Shown here in pieces: positions 25,454 through 38,679 of a stretch of 64,000 bases of DNA (position 1 is its first letter; each line of letters opens with the position of its first letter). Both the position numbers and the translations under genes were made by a program. The notes beneath the pieces were generated by a model that was not told the origin of the DNA, did no database searches, and saw nothing but the letters and a program-made list of their open reading frames with translations. The stretch is from Octopus sinensis (taxonomy: Eukaryota). The stretch spans positions 30,256,001 to 30,320,000 of the forward strand of contig NC_043005.1 in NCBI RefSeq assembly GCF_006345805.1, read 5' to 3'.

Positions 25454-25582
25454 TTTCGAAAATTTTCCCCAAAATTTTAGAAAAATGTTTTGAAAACTTT
25501 CCCTGAAAATTTTTCAATAATTTCTTTTGCTCAAAAACTTTTAGAAAATTTTTTGAAAATTTTCCCCAAAGATTTTTGAAAA
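25454..25582. repeat. AT-rich gaaaattttt array
   Basis: Same style as 17976-18248. Confidence 0.8.
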
Positions 25583-25829
25583 AGTGAGAGAGGGAGAGAG
25601 AAAGTGACGAGCTTCATAAAATATAAAATGTAAAACGGTTTGTGTTTTCTTAAACACGAGATATAGTGTTCAAATTTGGGATGTTTTTGAAAGACACTAT
25701 ATTTTATAATCATAGTATATATACTTTCTCACACAACAATTACAATATATTTATTTTAAATCATTTATTTATTTTAAATCTTTCATCTTTCTCCCCACTC
25801 TCTCTCACACACATTGGAATTCGTGGGGC

Positions 25830-27262
25830 AATTATTGATTCTGTATTAAAAATTCTCCTGTGGAGAATACAGATTAAGCCAAAACATCAGGTCAACAGCA
25901 GATCAAAGGGATGTTGCAGCATGGCTCTTGCATCTTGGCAATGGAACATATGCAACTCCACAAGATCCTAATCTTACTATTGATAACATAGAAGTGCCTC
26001 AAAATTCATGCGTTGACGGCTCTCTAGTGGATGATATCTTCAACAATACATCTGAGGAAGAGAGAAGCAGAGAACTCAGACTACCTCCTGATCAATGAAG
26101 AAGTTTTGAGAGAACTTCCAGGTGATTGCCACACCTATTATAGTACAGATAAAGTTTTGGCAGATGAAACGGTTCTGAATTTGAATGGCTATCCAGAGTA
26201 CAGAAGACACAATACTGGAGTCACAGCTGAGGCTGGGCAATATCCACTTGAATTTCTAAACTCTTTGACACCACCAGAAATGCCTCCTTATAAATTGAGT
26301 TTAAAACTCGGCTCAGTGGTAATGCTTCTTCGTAACATTTCTATCCAGAATGGACTCTGCAATGTTACAAGACTGGAAATGGTGACCATGTACCAACATT
26401 CAATCGAGGCTTCCTTGATTAGCGGCTCACTAATTGGCAGATGTGTTCTCATCCCCAGAATAAAGCTGGCTCCAAGTGACCCTAACTTGCCATTCACCTT
26501 GGAGAGAACCCAGTTTCCTGTCCGTCTATCATATGTCATGGCTATTAACAAGTCACAGGGGCAGTCATTTGAGAAGGTGGGATTGTTCTTACCCCAGCCA
26601 GTGTTCAGTCACGGGCAGGTGTATGTGGCAGACTCTAGAGCTCGCAAACTCTCAGATGTAAGTATTAAGGTGATGGAGACAGGCAGACAAGGATGGAAAA
26701 GAGGGCGAACTGTTATTAAGAACATTGTCTGCTGAGAAGTACTGACTTGAAGGAGTGGAGTGTTTTCAGAAGTTCTGGAAACCCGTGATTGTATTAGGTG
26801 TGTGTTTTTGGTTTATATGCATTTATATGTGGCATGTATTATATAGTTTTGTACATGTATAGATCTATTGTTTTCTGTATTCATATTGGAGGGAACTGGC
26901 ATGGCTCTATGTTGGGACGAGGAGTACCATGGAGTGATTGGCATTGGCAATTTTTGCACACATGGTAGACACTCCCAAGTATCTCTATGTGTTGTTTATT
27001 TTTCCCAGCCTATGAGTATTGTATGTTAAAAAAAAGGATAGAATTAATAGCTAAACTTTACGTATTTGTAAATAGAACTGTACAGATCTACGCAATTTTA
27101 GTATTTGCTGCCTCGGTATCTTATTCTGTTATATATGTAGAGGCTTTAATTACTCCTTTCTTCAATGCGTTATTTTTATACTTATATATATGTAAAAAAA
27201 ATGTTTTTTATTTACTCAACATTCTATTAATCGGTTCATGGAAATTCCACGGGTCCCGCTAA
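25830..27262 (+). mobile_element. Helitron 3' portion (Pif1-type helicase C-terminus plus terminus)
   Basis: AAWLLHLGNG upstream, then the helicase ORF. Terminal hairpin catggaaattccacg (27237-27251) followed by CTAA at 27259-27262, a CTRR-type end. Confidence 0.8.
26031..26735 (+). pseudogene. Helitron RepHel helicase fragment
   Basis: YPLEFLNSLTPPEMPPYKLSLKLGSVVMLLRN, GLCNVTRL, QFPVRLSYVMAINKSQGQSF, PVFSHGQVYVADSR. Confidence 0.92.
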
Positions 27263-27264
27263 CA

Positions 27265-27830
27265 ACAACAACAACAACAACAATAATTTTAACAATAATA
27301 ATTTCTTTATTAGCCATAAGGACTCAAAGAAAACTCAAAGAAGGGCAAGATAGTGAAGGGTTGTTATGTAAAATAATACGTATAAACAGAATAACAAAAA
27401 CAAGTTACAACACAAAAAATTTCGACAAACAGCATGTATTAATAAGGAAAACAGCTGCTTAGGACCAGTGAAGGAAATCTCAACTACTATAACCAGCAAC
27501 GGTAATTGCTCTTTTTTTCATCTGTCTGTTCTCCGCCAACAGGCGCTTGCGCAGACTAGGTCCGATTACGCGTACAATGTTCATCATTCTCACCCACCTT
27601 TCAACAAATTTACTGAAGGCAGCAACCCCACTCTCTACCCTCACTATCCTTGCTAAGTGAAACTTGGAAAAGCTGATGTGGGCCTGGCCAAGGAGGGAAA
27701 GTGTGTTTTCAATCCTTTCAGCCTGACCATCAAACTTTCTTTTATCATATCCACCAGACAAAGGAAAATCTGTTTGATTCCCAGTTTAAGGAAGGCGATG
27801 GGGTGAGGTGTGTGACAAAACAATGTACAT
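27265..27830 (-). mobile_element. Probable Tx1/L1-like LINE 3' end
   Basis: Minus-strand peptide FSKFHLARIVRVE...FVERWV resembles ORF2 C-termini. AATAAA and a (TTG)n tail follow on the minus strand. Confidence 0.4.
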
Positions 27831-27900
27831 GATAACACTTCAAATCAGTTAAGAGCAGAAGCCATGAGAGCCACTGCCTGGTATTTTATTATCATCATTG

Positions 27901-27936
<36 letters not shown>

Positions 27937-28459
27937 ACATCAACATCATTATTATTGTTGTTGTTGTTGCTGTTGATGTTGTTATTGTTGCTGTTAAGGT
28001 TGCAAGATGCAAGAACCATTAACATACCAAACTAAATACTCATTGGCATTTCCCCTGGTTCTTGATGTTCTGAGTTCAAATGCTGTTGAAGTCATCTATG
28101 TTTTCGTTGTTTTGGAGGTCAATAAAATTAAATCCCAGTCAAGCACTGGGGAAGTGGGGGGGGCAGAGGGGGTCGATGTAATCAACTACACCCCACCCCT
28201 TGTGCCAATGGCAGAAAGCATTGTTATTATGAGGCAGAGTTGTTATTGCATCAGACAAAATTGCTTAGCAGTATTTCATCCAAAGCTTTATGTTCTGAGT
28301 TCAAAACTTAGCTAAGGCTGATTTTGTTTTTCAGCTTTTGGGTAAGATGTTGATAAAATAAATATCTGATGTGTTCTGGGGTCGATGTAAGTGACTTGTC
28401 ACTCTCCCCCAAATTTTAGGTCTTGTAGAAGGGGCATTATTTATGTCTTTATTGACCGC

Positions 28460-28980
28460 AGGGGCTAAACGTAGAAGAGACAAACAAGGACAAAGGGATT
28501 AAGTTGGTTATATCAACTCCAGTGCATAACTGGTACTTATTTAATCGACTCCAAAAGGATGAAAGGCAAAGTCGACCGTGGCAGAATTTGAACGTAAAGA
28601 CAAACAAAATACTGCATTTCACCTGGCATGCTAACGATTCTGTCAACTCGCCGACCTTAAGAAAGGGTTATTATTAATTGCAGTGAGATGGCAGCATCAT
28701 TTACACTCAAGACAAAAAACTCAATAGCATTTCGTCTGTCTTTATGTTCTGAGTTCAAATTATTATTAAGGTGGTGAGCTGGCAAAATTGTTAGCATGCG
28801 GAGCAAAATGCATAACAGCGTTTTGTCCATCCTTTCATTCGAGTTCAAATTCTGTCAAATTCGACTTTGCTTTTCATCCTTTTGGGGTCAATGAAATAAG
28901 GACCAGTTATGCACTGGGGTCAATGTAATTGATTAACCCCCTCTCCCCAAACTTCAGGCCTTGTGCTTATAGTAGAAAGG
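28460..28980. mobile_element. Two SINE family B copies in opposite orientation
   Basis: ~28460-28660 (-) and ~28770-28980 (+) share the family B core. Confidence 0.7.
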
Positions 28981-29024
<44 letters not shown>

Positions 29025-30077
29025 GATGATGATGATGATGATGATGATTATTATTATTATTATTATTATTATTACAACAGTCTCTTGGCAAATTTATCCT
29101 GGAAGTAATTTTCTCTGTAAATCATTCCATGAAGAATGGTCCTCTCTAACCATTATAACTCCCTTCTGCTTACTGCTTATTATCCACATTTTACTTTCTA
29201 TTGAAACCGTTTCTGTAAACTGACACCAATTCTGCCTTCCTTGAATGTCACTGTTTGCGTTTCATATGGAAAACAACAAATTATTGAATATTTTAACACT
29301 TTATGCTTTTCCTTGTTTACCAAAACGATTATGTAGTGATTTCTCCAACACATGAATGAGATTGTATAACAACCATGCCACAAGGAAATGTATTCATTAA
29401 AATAAATGTTGGTACCGTGTTATTAACGATGATGGTATTTAGAGCACAGGGTGTGTGTAAACAACATTTAACACAAGCTACAGAACTACACAATCTGTTT
29501 TTATTGGTCAAACAACAACAACATCTTCGGGGGTTGTGTAAAATGTAAAAGGCAAATGTGAGCAATTAAGACATTTCAGTGGATTTTCTTTGGAAAGTTT
29601 CCTTGTATTATATATGCTTATCAAACTGCATTTCCTGTCCAGTGGGTTATCTTCTAGGACAGCTATGGAGGCTTAAATTTGTAAATATAATAAATTCTCT
29701 AAATATAGCAAAGTAGAACTAAAGGAATTAAACAAGATTATAAAGATTTTAATCTTTGCTGAATCCTTGACAGGGTTTCAATTTCTGGTTGAAGCTATTT
29801 TGATTCACTTATGTAAGAAATGTCCTTTGAAAGGATATTTACATCACAACTTCCTATTTCTAGTAAAATGAAAATAAAAATCTCACTATTTGAACTTAGA
29901 AAAAAATAGGTTGAAAAAATAGGTTGTAAAAATAGGTTGAAATCAGAAATTACTATTGAAGTGTTTGGGTCTGAAATATGCTGGACTAAATGTGTTAGTT
30001 TATTTGATATGTTACCCCCTTATTCTAATTTCAAATCCATTTAAGATCATCTTTACTTTTTACGTTTAAATGTTAGT

Positions 30078-31505
30078 CTTACTAGCTGCATCGCCAAACT
30101 GATGGAATCCTGTATCAGAGAAACCCTCTGGAACTTCTGGAAGTCTCACAGCTTCATCCAGCCGTCACAATTTGGATTTATTCCTAACTCCAGCTGCTGT
30201 AATCAACTCATCGAGTTTCTTGAGGACGTTACCCAAATCACTGATAGCGGATCCTGGGTGGATGTTGTTTACCTGGACTTTGCTAAGGCTTTTAACTCTG
30301 TGCCACACAAAAGACTTATGGTGAAGCTCTCTGCATTGGGCGTAAGAGACAAACTCTATAACTGGTTGAAGTCCTTTATTTTCGGCTGAAAAGAGGTTGT
30401 CACAGTTCTAGGACAGCACTCTTTGCCCTATGAGATGACATCGGTTGTACCACAGGGATCTGTTCTTGGCCCCCTTTTATTTGTTGCATATGTTAATGAC
30501 ATAGATGCCAACTTAAAGAATGCCACAATGCTGAAATATGCAGATGACATCAAGCTGTACCTCGAAATAAAGATGTCAGATCCTGTACACTATAGATCTC
30601 TATTGCAAGCAGACCTGGACACAATGCAGCAGTGGATCATGGACTGGCAACTCAAGCTGGCTGTGGACAAATGTACCACTATGCATTTTGGGAGGAGAAA
30701 CCCAGCGTCCACCTACTCCCTCCACAACACTAGTCTCAAAAAGTCTTCATGTGAACGCGACCTGGGTGTTATTGTCGACAGTGATCTGTGTTGGACAAAA
30801 CACATCGCTAAAATTGTCAAGAAGGCTGAGGGTGTCTTGGCATCACTCACCAAATCCTTTGTGAGCTGCTCTCCGACTATCTATCTGCGGCTTTATATAG
30901 CTATGGTAAGACCTCACCTGGAATTTGCATCACCGGTCTGGAACCCCTATCTTGCCCAGGATATCAATTGTCTGGAAGCCATTCAGCGACGTGCAACCAA
31001 AAGAATACCCTCCATCAGGCATTTGCCATATTCTGAATGCCTTATTTCCCTGGGCATGGACACATTGAAACTCCGACGTCTGGCAGCTGACTTGGCAGAC
31101 ACCCATAAAATTATCAACCATCGTACAAACAATAACTCTGAGCACCTTTTCAAACTCCACCCATCTAACACCCGTGGACATATTTACAAAGTCAGAAAAC
31201 AGCACAGCTCCCATGACTTTAGGAAACGTTTTTTCACGCTGAGAGTTGCTGAAGCATGGAACAAACTGCCGGCATCGGTTGTTAGTTGTCGGAGCACTGC
31301 ATCCTTCAAGACTTCCATGCTTTCTGAGATTTTCCAACACTACACCTGATTTTCTCTCCCCTCCATACACACACAAGCATGTATCTGACTCATGCATTGT
31401 TCACTTTCCAGACATTTGTACATTACTGCATGTGCTTTATATGCACTTTCTGACAAGTTGTGGTGCACCTGAGCACTGTATACAATAATTTCATTATATT
31501 ATATT
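30078..31505 (+). mobile_element. 5'-truncated CR1/L2-group LINE with a nearly intact RT frame
   Basis: ORFs 30102-30389 and 30423-31349 are in frame and separated by one TGA: QFGFIP, VDVVYLDFAKAFNSVPH, PQGSVLGPLLF, LKYADDIKLY, ERDLGVIVD, VRPHLEFASPVWNP, FFTLRVAEAWNKLP. (ATT)-like tail. Confidence 0.92.
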
Positions 31506-31671
31506 ATGATAAACAGTTGGTACTTAATTGACATGTGGGTCTTTGTAATGCATTATTACTCCTTCCCTTTGTCTGTCATCTCTTCAAAGGATATTCAGTA
31601 GTCAATATGCATGAATATCAAAACAAAACACAGTTTTTGTTTAGTGTTTTACTCATTTTATTTTATAAGGG

Positions 31672-32066
31672 ACTAGCAGTATCGCCCGGCGTTGCTCGGG
31701 TTTGTAAGGGAAATAATTATATAAGCATTTTTAGAGATGTAAAGTATAATAGCCATCTCAATATGGCTAACCACAAAGGGGGAGGGGTGTTACTGTAACT
31801 TTTTACGTTCTGAGATTTAATAATAAATTTTAGAGAGTTACTTCCCTATATATGTCAAAAATGGATTAAAAATGGGAAAAATTGATGGTAAATTTTTTTA
31901 AAATCGTAGACTCATCGTAGACGCGCGCTAATACCCAGACGGTCTCGATATGAATCACGACTATAAGATACCCGGTTTTGGTTAAACTGCACCGCAAAAT
32001 GTGGGAGTAGTTAGGAATCTAAATCGTAGGAGACAGACACACAACCTCACTTTTATATATAAAGAT
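31672..32066 (+). mobile_element. Non-autonomous Helitron/Helentron-type (DINE-1-like) element, copy 1
   Basis: Starts actagcagtatcgcccggcgttgctcggg and ends cacttttatatataaagat. A reverse-complement copy lies at 33686-34082. Confidence 0.6.
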
Positions 32067-32227
32067 TTCCTCTATTTACATAATATTGAGGTCTCTTTCT
32101 TTCTTTTGTTATCTTACTGTTTTTACCAATATACATATATATATATATATAAATATATATATAGTTACAGAGATGTACTTGCATAGCAAGTGACTTGATC
32201 TGAGATCGTGTGCTGGAACGAAAACAG

Positions 32228-32486
32228 TTGCAGCGTTGAAGGTGTTTATAAGCCATTTAAGAAACACACAAAAACCGTTAGATTCACTTCAACATTTAAA
32301 TTTAATTTGTCAAAATATTTTCGTCGCTTTGAGACCGCGACCTGTTAGCACGATATTTTTGTCAGTGAACCGGTCGCGGTCTCAAAGCGACGAAAATATT
32401 TTGGCAAATTAAATTTAAATGTTGAAGTGAATGTAACGGTTTTTGTGTGTTTCTTAAATGGCTTACAAACACCTTTCACGCTGCAA
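32228..32486. repeat. Fold-back element: ~120-bp arms, ~22-nt loop, ending in (TA)n
   Basis: 32228-32346 is the reverse complement of ~32368-32486. Confidence 0.95.
32359..32407 (+). ncRNA. Hammerhead-like motif with G3:C8 core swap
   Basis: UUGUCA-GUGAACC-G-GUCGC-GGUCUCAAA-GCGAC-GAAA-AUAUU-U-UGGCAA. 6-bp helix I, 5-bp helix II, palindromic helix III. A9 reads C here but A in the mirror arm. Confidence 0.6.
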
Positions 32487-32905
32487 TATATATATACACA
32501 CATATATATATATGTATGTATGTATGTGTGTATATGTGTATGCATGTATGTGTGTGTGCGTGCGTGTCTCTGCTTGTGATTGTCCTCCACCACTGCTTGA
32601 CAACGAATGTTGGTTTGTTTACATCCCTGTCACCTAGTGGTTTGACAAAGGAAACAGATAGAATAAGTACAATGCTTACAAAAATAAAACTGGAGTTGAT
32701 TCATTAAACTACAATTCTTCAAGGCATTGCCCCAGCATGGCCACAGACCAATGGCTGGAAAAAGCAGAAGAATAAAAGAATACATTCTCTGCTTTGGTCT
32801 TATGTTCAAGGCATGAGAAAGCTTGAGTTTACATGAGAAGGCCTAACAGACCTGGTAGAAACAGCAGCCAAATCTCCCTCAAATCACACCTTACTGTCTT
32901 ATGTA

Positions 32906-33176
32906 TCTCTTATTATAAAAGGCAGATTTTATCTGCCTCACTTTGGGAGTTATACAAATCTACAATATAGGATTTCTTCAATTACAATTTACCTAGCATT
33001 TTTGAGAGTACAATGCATCGCGTCATGCCAGGTCCAGTTTTTAAAATTTAAACTCCAATTAAGCAAAATTTACAGAAAACTCACATTCTGGTGTGTGTGT
33101 CAAATGCTTTTCTTAGTCTGGTTTACACCACACGCAAACGCACACACACAGTGTGCGACGAATAAAATGAAAGTAA
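32906..33176 (+). mobile_element. Repeat with Helitron-like 5' end (A|TCTCTTATTATAAA), copy 1
   Basis: Reverse-complement copy at 34529-34800. Both begin TC directly after an A; no TSD found. Confidence 0.5.
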
Positions 33177-33356
33177 ATGTAATATTTGTTTCTGTCTATC
33201 ACGCTGATAGATACATGAGTAAAATGTATGGGAAGCTAACAGATAACAGTGAGTGAAAATGTTCTTGGAAGAGAGTAAATTAGCGACACAGTGATTTGAG
33301 GAAGACTAAACTGAAAGTATGAAACAGTGTTTATGTATAAACAGACGACACTTATA

Positions 33357-33685
33357 TAAACCCTTTCGTTACCAAACCGCCCGAATTTACCTATTCATAT
33401 TTAAATGAGAATATCAGAGTAAATCTCTTTAGTACATTCGTGAAAACACGTATTATACTTCGTAAACACTTCAAATACAGTTTTGTACAAAAATCGAAGT
33501 GTAATTTTAATTCCGTGAATTATGGGACATTTTTTTCTGAAATTTGTTCCTATTGTGTTTTCAAAATTTTTAATTCTGACATAAAATGGATACGAATTTC
33601 ATTATATCAAGCAGCGAGTCAGAATTCGAAGGATTTTCTACTGAAGACCTTCATAAATCTAACTCTATGACTGAAAAAAAAAAGC
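33357..33685 (+). mobile_element. Possible piggyBac-like 5' end remnant
   Basis: ataa|ccctttcgttacc terminus, then the short acidic ORF start MDTNFIISSSESEFEGFSTEDL. Confidence 0.35.
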
Positions 33686-34082
33686 ATCTTTATATAAGAG
33701 TGAAGTTGTGTGTCTGTCCCCTTCGATTTAGATTCGTAACTACTCCCACATTTTGCCGTGCAGTTTAACCAAAAGCGGGTATCTTATAGTTGTGATTCAT
33801 ATCGAGCCCCTCTGGGTATTAGCGCGCGTCTACGATGAGTCTACGATTTAAAAAAAATTTACCATCATATTTTTCCATTTTAATGCATTTTTTTCGCTTT
33901 TATATAAGGGAAGTAACTCTCTAAAAATATCTACGATGTGTCAACGATTTAAAAAAAAAATTTACCTTAATTTTTTTCAATTTTTAATGCATTTTTTTGC
34001 TATTTTTTGGCTATAACTCTCTAAAAATGCTTATATAGTTATTTCCCTTACAACCCGAGCAACGCCGGGCGATACTGCTAGT
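33686..34082 (-). mobile_element. Non-autonomous Helitron/Helentron-type element, copy 2
   Basis: Reverse complement of 31672-32066. Confidence 0.6.
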
Positions 34083-34528
34083 GTATATATATATATGAGC
34101 CAATGAGGGGGACCTCTACATGGTAGCTAGACCTGGTAGAAATAGCAGCCAAATTTCCCCCAAATCACATCTTACTGTCTTATCTATGTATATATGTATG
34201 TATGAGCCTATGAGGGAGACCCCTACATGGCAGCTAGACATGGTAGAAATAGCAGCCAAATCTCCCTCAAATCACACCTTACTGTCTTATCTTTCTGCTA
34301 CTTGGATATAGGTCTTATATTCGTCGTAAAAAACTTTCCTGTCACACACTCACGCACACACACACACAGACACACGCACCCTCACACACACACACACGCG
34401 CACACACACACACACACACTCACACACACGCACGTTAGCTTACAATTTTATTGATATATTTGCGTGTCCATGTGTGGAAAGAGGAAGTGGGAGGCAGAGT
34501 GAAAGAATCACTCACTACAGTAAGTGAA

Positions 34529-34800
34529 TTACTTTCATTTTATTCGTTGCCCACTGTGTGTGTGCGTTTGCGTGTGGTGTAAACCAGACTAAGAAAAGCA
34601 TTTGACACACACACCAGAATGTGAGTTTTCTGTAAATTTTGCTTAATTGGAGTTTAAATTTTAAAAACTGGACCTGGCATGACGCGATGCATTGTACTCT
34701 TAAAAATGCTAGGTAAATTGTAATTGAAGAAATCCTATATTGTAGATTTCTATAACTCCCAAAGGGAGGCAGATAAAAATCTGCCTTTTATAATAAGAGA
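34529..34800 (-). mobile_element. Repeat with Helitron-like 5' end, copy 2
   Basis: Reverse complement of 32906-33176. Confidence 0.5.
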
Positions 34801-35618
34801 TTCCATATGAGAAATGAAGGTCTCTTTTTTTGATTCTCTAATGAACCTATCAGAGATAAAGGCCCATACATTGATTCTGTTCAGACCAAATTGGCAATAA
34901 AGTTCCACACATTGGCTCTCCCAGTTCCATAACAGAGGTAAATGCAGGCCACATGTTGATTGTCTTGGGACATATCAGAAGGGAAATCCAACATATTAAC
35001 TTTCTTTACTTATGTTTGTGAATAAGGGCAACATTCAGAAGAATTCAAAATCTGAATATCATTTCATTTATGAGGGTAAATTGCTTCACATGACTATCAT
35101 GTATGAAAGCTTTCCAACATATTCTACTGTTGGATGCTGCTAAACACTTTGTCATTATTTAATGAATCAATGATAAGTTTGCCTGCTGGTGCAATTCTTG
35201 GTTGTCAGGCATTTTGAACTCGACCCTGTAAGCTAACACAAATTAATAAATTCTTCAAAATTGCGAATTTTTGCAAAAGTGATTTGTGTATATAATGAGA
35301 ATTATTTGCCAATTCTGATCCCTTTGTCTTGTAATCAATTGTGTTCCAAGTGACCATCCTGCCTTATATTCAGATATAATGAATCCCAAATTACATCATC
35401 CTATTAATCCTTCATTTACAAAATAATAACAACATGATCTAACTGTTATTCAAGAGTTGGCTGCGAAGTCTTAAATATCTGGGTCATGGACAGAATAGGT
35501 TGAGAGCCAAATCTGAACAATTTGGAAAATAGAAGTCTGACAGAGACACCATATAAAGTATAGACAGTCTTATAGATGCATTATATGGACTGTTTTATCC
35601 TTCTGAGGAAAACATACA

Positions 35619-35655
<37 letters not shown>

Positions 35656-35666
<11 letters not shown>

Positions 35667-36197
35667 CAGTGTACATTTAAACACATTAAGAGGTTTCCAT
35701 CATAGGAATCCTTTACGCTAGAAAGAACAGCTAAAGTCCAAACCACTAATTAGGGATAAATTCTCAAATGGAATGAAAAATAAAAACATTCACCATCTCT
35801 TTCCTGGACCATGGTTTCTGACTTATTTTAGTAAATAAAATAATTTATCAGGCGAAGTCTTCATCAACAGGGATGCCAAAGATTAAATATATAAACAACA
35901 AGGCCAATCCAGCATGTGCCTCATTGCTTATACATTTTAATTTTTTTCAAATCCACCATGCAAGCACAGTCTTTTTGGCATCCCTGTTGATGAAGACTTT
36001 GCCTGGTAAATTATTTTATTTACTAAAATAAGTCAGAAACCATGGCCCAAGAAAGAGATGGTAAATGCTTTTATTTTTCATTCCCTTCGAGAATTTATTC
36101 CTAATTAGTGGTTTGGACTTTAGCTGTTCTTTCTAGCTTAAAGGATTCTTATGATGGAAACATCTTAATGTGTTTAAATGTACACTGTATTTTATAT
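35656..36197. repeat. Fold-back element: ~225-bp arms, ~90-nt loop, starting at (TA)n
   Basis: 35656-35880 is the reverse complement of ~35973-36197, with scattered substitutions. Confidence 0.95.
35803..35871 (-). ncRNA. Type I hammerhead motif (U3 variant)
   Basis: Minus strand: CCUG-UUGAUGA-A-GACU...AGUC-A-GAAA-CCAUGGU-C-CAGG, GUC triplet. The mirror copy at 35983-36051 has lost U16.1. Confidence 0.65.
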
Positions 36198-38524
36198 GAA
36201 TAATATATAGTCTATTGACTAAATTTTCTATACGCTAGACCATTGGTAGTAAAAATTTCTAAACTCTTTATTACCCTGATATTATTATATATATATGCGC
36301 ATGCATATATGGGTACAGGATGTCACAACAATAAACAACATAAAATACGAAAACAAATGAGTTTAATATGCAAACAGTGAGAGGAACAAATGGAAAACAA
36401 GACAAGTAACATAAAGAACGACCTTTCATCAGTTGTAGGCTGTCTATCTACTCCTCATTTCAAGCACTGAACGACAATATGAGTCTTCGAAGTCAGTTGC
36501 TCCCATAAGTACCAAAATAAAATTTGGGATTTATAGAAAGTCAAAGTTGGAAAAAAAAACAGGACAGTGGAGACATACAAGGAAACCAAACGAAAATATA
36601 CATGGAGGGTCGTTAGACCAGAACGAGGGTAAAATAGTGAACGCAGGAGAAATATTTTCTTTGAAAAGAGAAAAGATAGAAGAAAGAGAGAGAGGGAAGA
36701 TATGTGCTGTCCTTAGAACAATCCTGAAAGAAAAGAAAGATGATCACGTGAGGAAAAGAAAAATGGACGATGGTCACGTGTAAGCAACGATAGAGAGAAA
36801 AAGAGAAAGAAGGAGAGAGAGTGAGAGAACATGAGAAAGAGAAAGAGAGAGAGAGAGAGAGAGAAAACGTGAAGGGGAGAAAAAAGGGAATTAGAGAAAG
36901 GATGAGAGAGATAACGATCTTTTGTGCCATTGTTGTTTTCAATAAGAAAGAACTAGGGAAATTTAATGAAAATGCTTCACAAAACTGACAAACAACAATA
37001 GAAATTCAGTGATATATTGATTTCAAATTTTGGTCCCCAGCCAGAAATTTCAGTGGAACAGGCAAGTCGATTATATCGGCCCAGAGTTCAAATGATGCTT
37101 ATTTTATCGACCTGGAAATGATAAAAGACAAAGTCACCCTCCGCGGAACTTGGACTCAGAACGTAAAGACAGATGAAATGCGGCTAAACATTTTGGCCGG
37201 TGTGCTAACCAGTACGCCACCTTTCAGTGATATCATACTGAGATAATGGGAATATTTGATGGGAAATGTGTGTTACGGCAACGCTATTTGGCTAAAATCT
37301 ATTACGTTCTATCAGATCCAGATCGCTAATAATTCAATATTCTCAACGATCGAAATCGTTTCACGTGTGTTTCGACCTCTTGGATAGCCATATAGACTTC
37401 CCAGAGTCCAATAAAGACAACATCATCAATTCCTAATGTAAGGGGTGCAAGGTAAATCCAATAAGAATTATCTTCCTTAGCTCATAGTAAATGCATGAAT
37501 TCTCTCCCTTACATCGAGCAACGGAAGAAATAATGTTTCCGTGTTGCTGTGTTGGAACGTTAAGCAATAAAATCTCAACGAAAATAGAAAGTAGATTATT
37601 AGTTACAAAAGAGTCGTGATTCAATGTTTTGTTAGAATCGTCGGTTGTATATTTTAGAGTGAAGTCAGTACAGCTACCCGTTCTTACATTACTTAGTTTC
37701 TTGATTTAAAAAAAATATCTGGGTATTTATGTCAAAATGACAAGTTATCAAAAACTGGACAGAACTTGAAATTGTGATCGATTGATAATCGATTCGATAC
37801 TAAATGCCGCTAAGCATTTTCCCCGGCGTAATGACAATTCTTCCAGCTCACCATCTTAGCATGCCTAGACATTAATAGCACTTAGTTATGGCTTTCAGCC
37901 ACAGACTGGTGAAGCAGTTTCGATTCTAGTTGGTTCTATTAAGGAAGGTATAGATCAGTAATAAATGCTGCAAAACATATATCAGAACATTCCTTACACC
38001 AGTTCTTTGTAGATCATATTCTTTTCTTGGGGTAAAATATCAATAACAGCTAACAGTTCTCAAGGTAGTAGTGGAGATTATTGGTGTATAACGAAAGGTA
38101 TGGTTTTCAAAGTTGTTCTCTCCTGAGACTGAACCTTCAGTATTTTGCAGACATGATGATGATGATGATGATGATGATACCCTTTCAAGAAATATTCTTC
38201 AGCGGAAAAAATGTTAATTGAAGATTAGTTATGTATTTCATGGTTCTCTTGAAATTTCAAACAGTCTCAAAGCTTCCTAAACAACCATGAAATTTCTCTT
38301 GTGTTTTGTTGGTTGCTGTCTTTTGTAACTTTTATCTTTTACTTGTTTCCAGTCATTAGACTGTGGCCATGCTGGGGCAAGTCAAACAAATTGACCCCGG
38401 GATTTATTTTTAAGTCTGGTACTTGTTTTAGCGACCTCTTTTGCTAAGTTGTGTGGACATAAACAAACCGACACCAGCTGTCAAACAGTGGGATGGAGAC
38501 AAACACACACACACCACCATCACC

Positions 38525-38558
<34 letters not shown>

Positions 38559-38679
38559 TCATCATTGTTCTTATGATCACTTTTCCATTCTCACATAGAG
38601 CGAATAAAATTTGTTGAGAAAAGTAAAAGTTTGAACAAAGATGATTTTAAAAAGTAATCATTAATGACAAAAACGGTAT

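Noticed and set aside
32906-34800. A single 1.9-kb TIR element with 270-bp TIRs
   Set aside because: No target-site duplication; both ends look like independent A|TC insertions, and the pair interleaves with another inverted pair.
36420-36520. Minus-strand CTGATGA and GAAA in a (TA)n-ended element
   Set aside because: The order and pairings did not give a consistent hammerhead fold. It may be a decayed tail but is not supportable.
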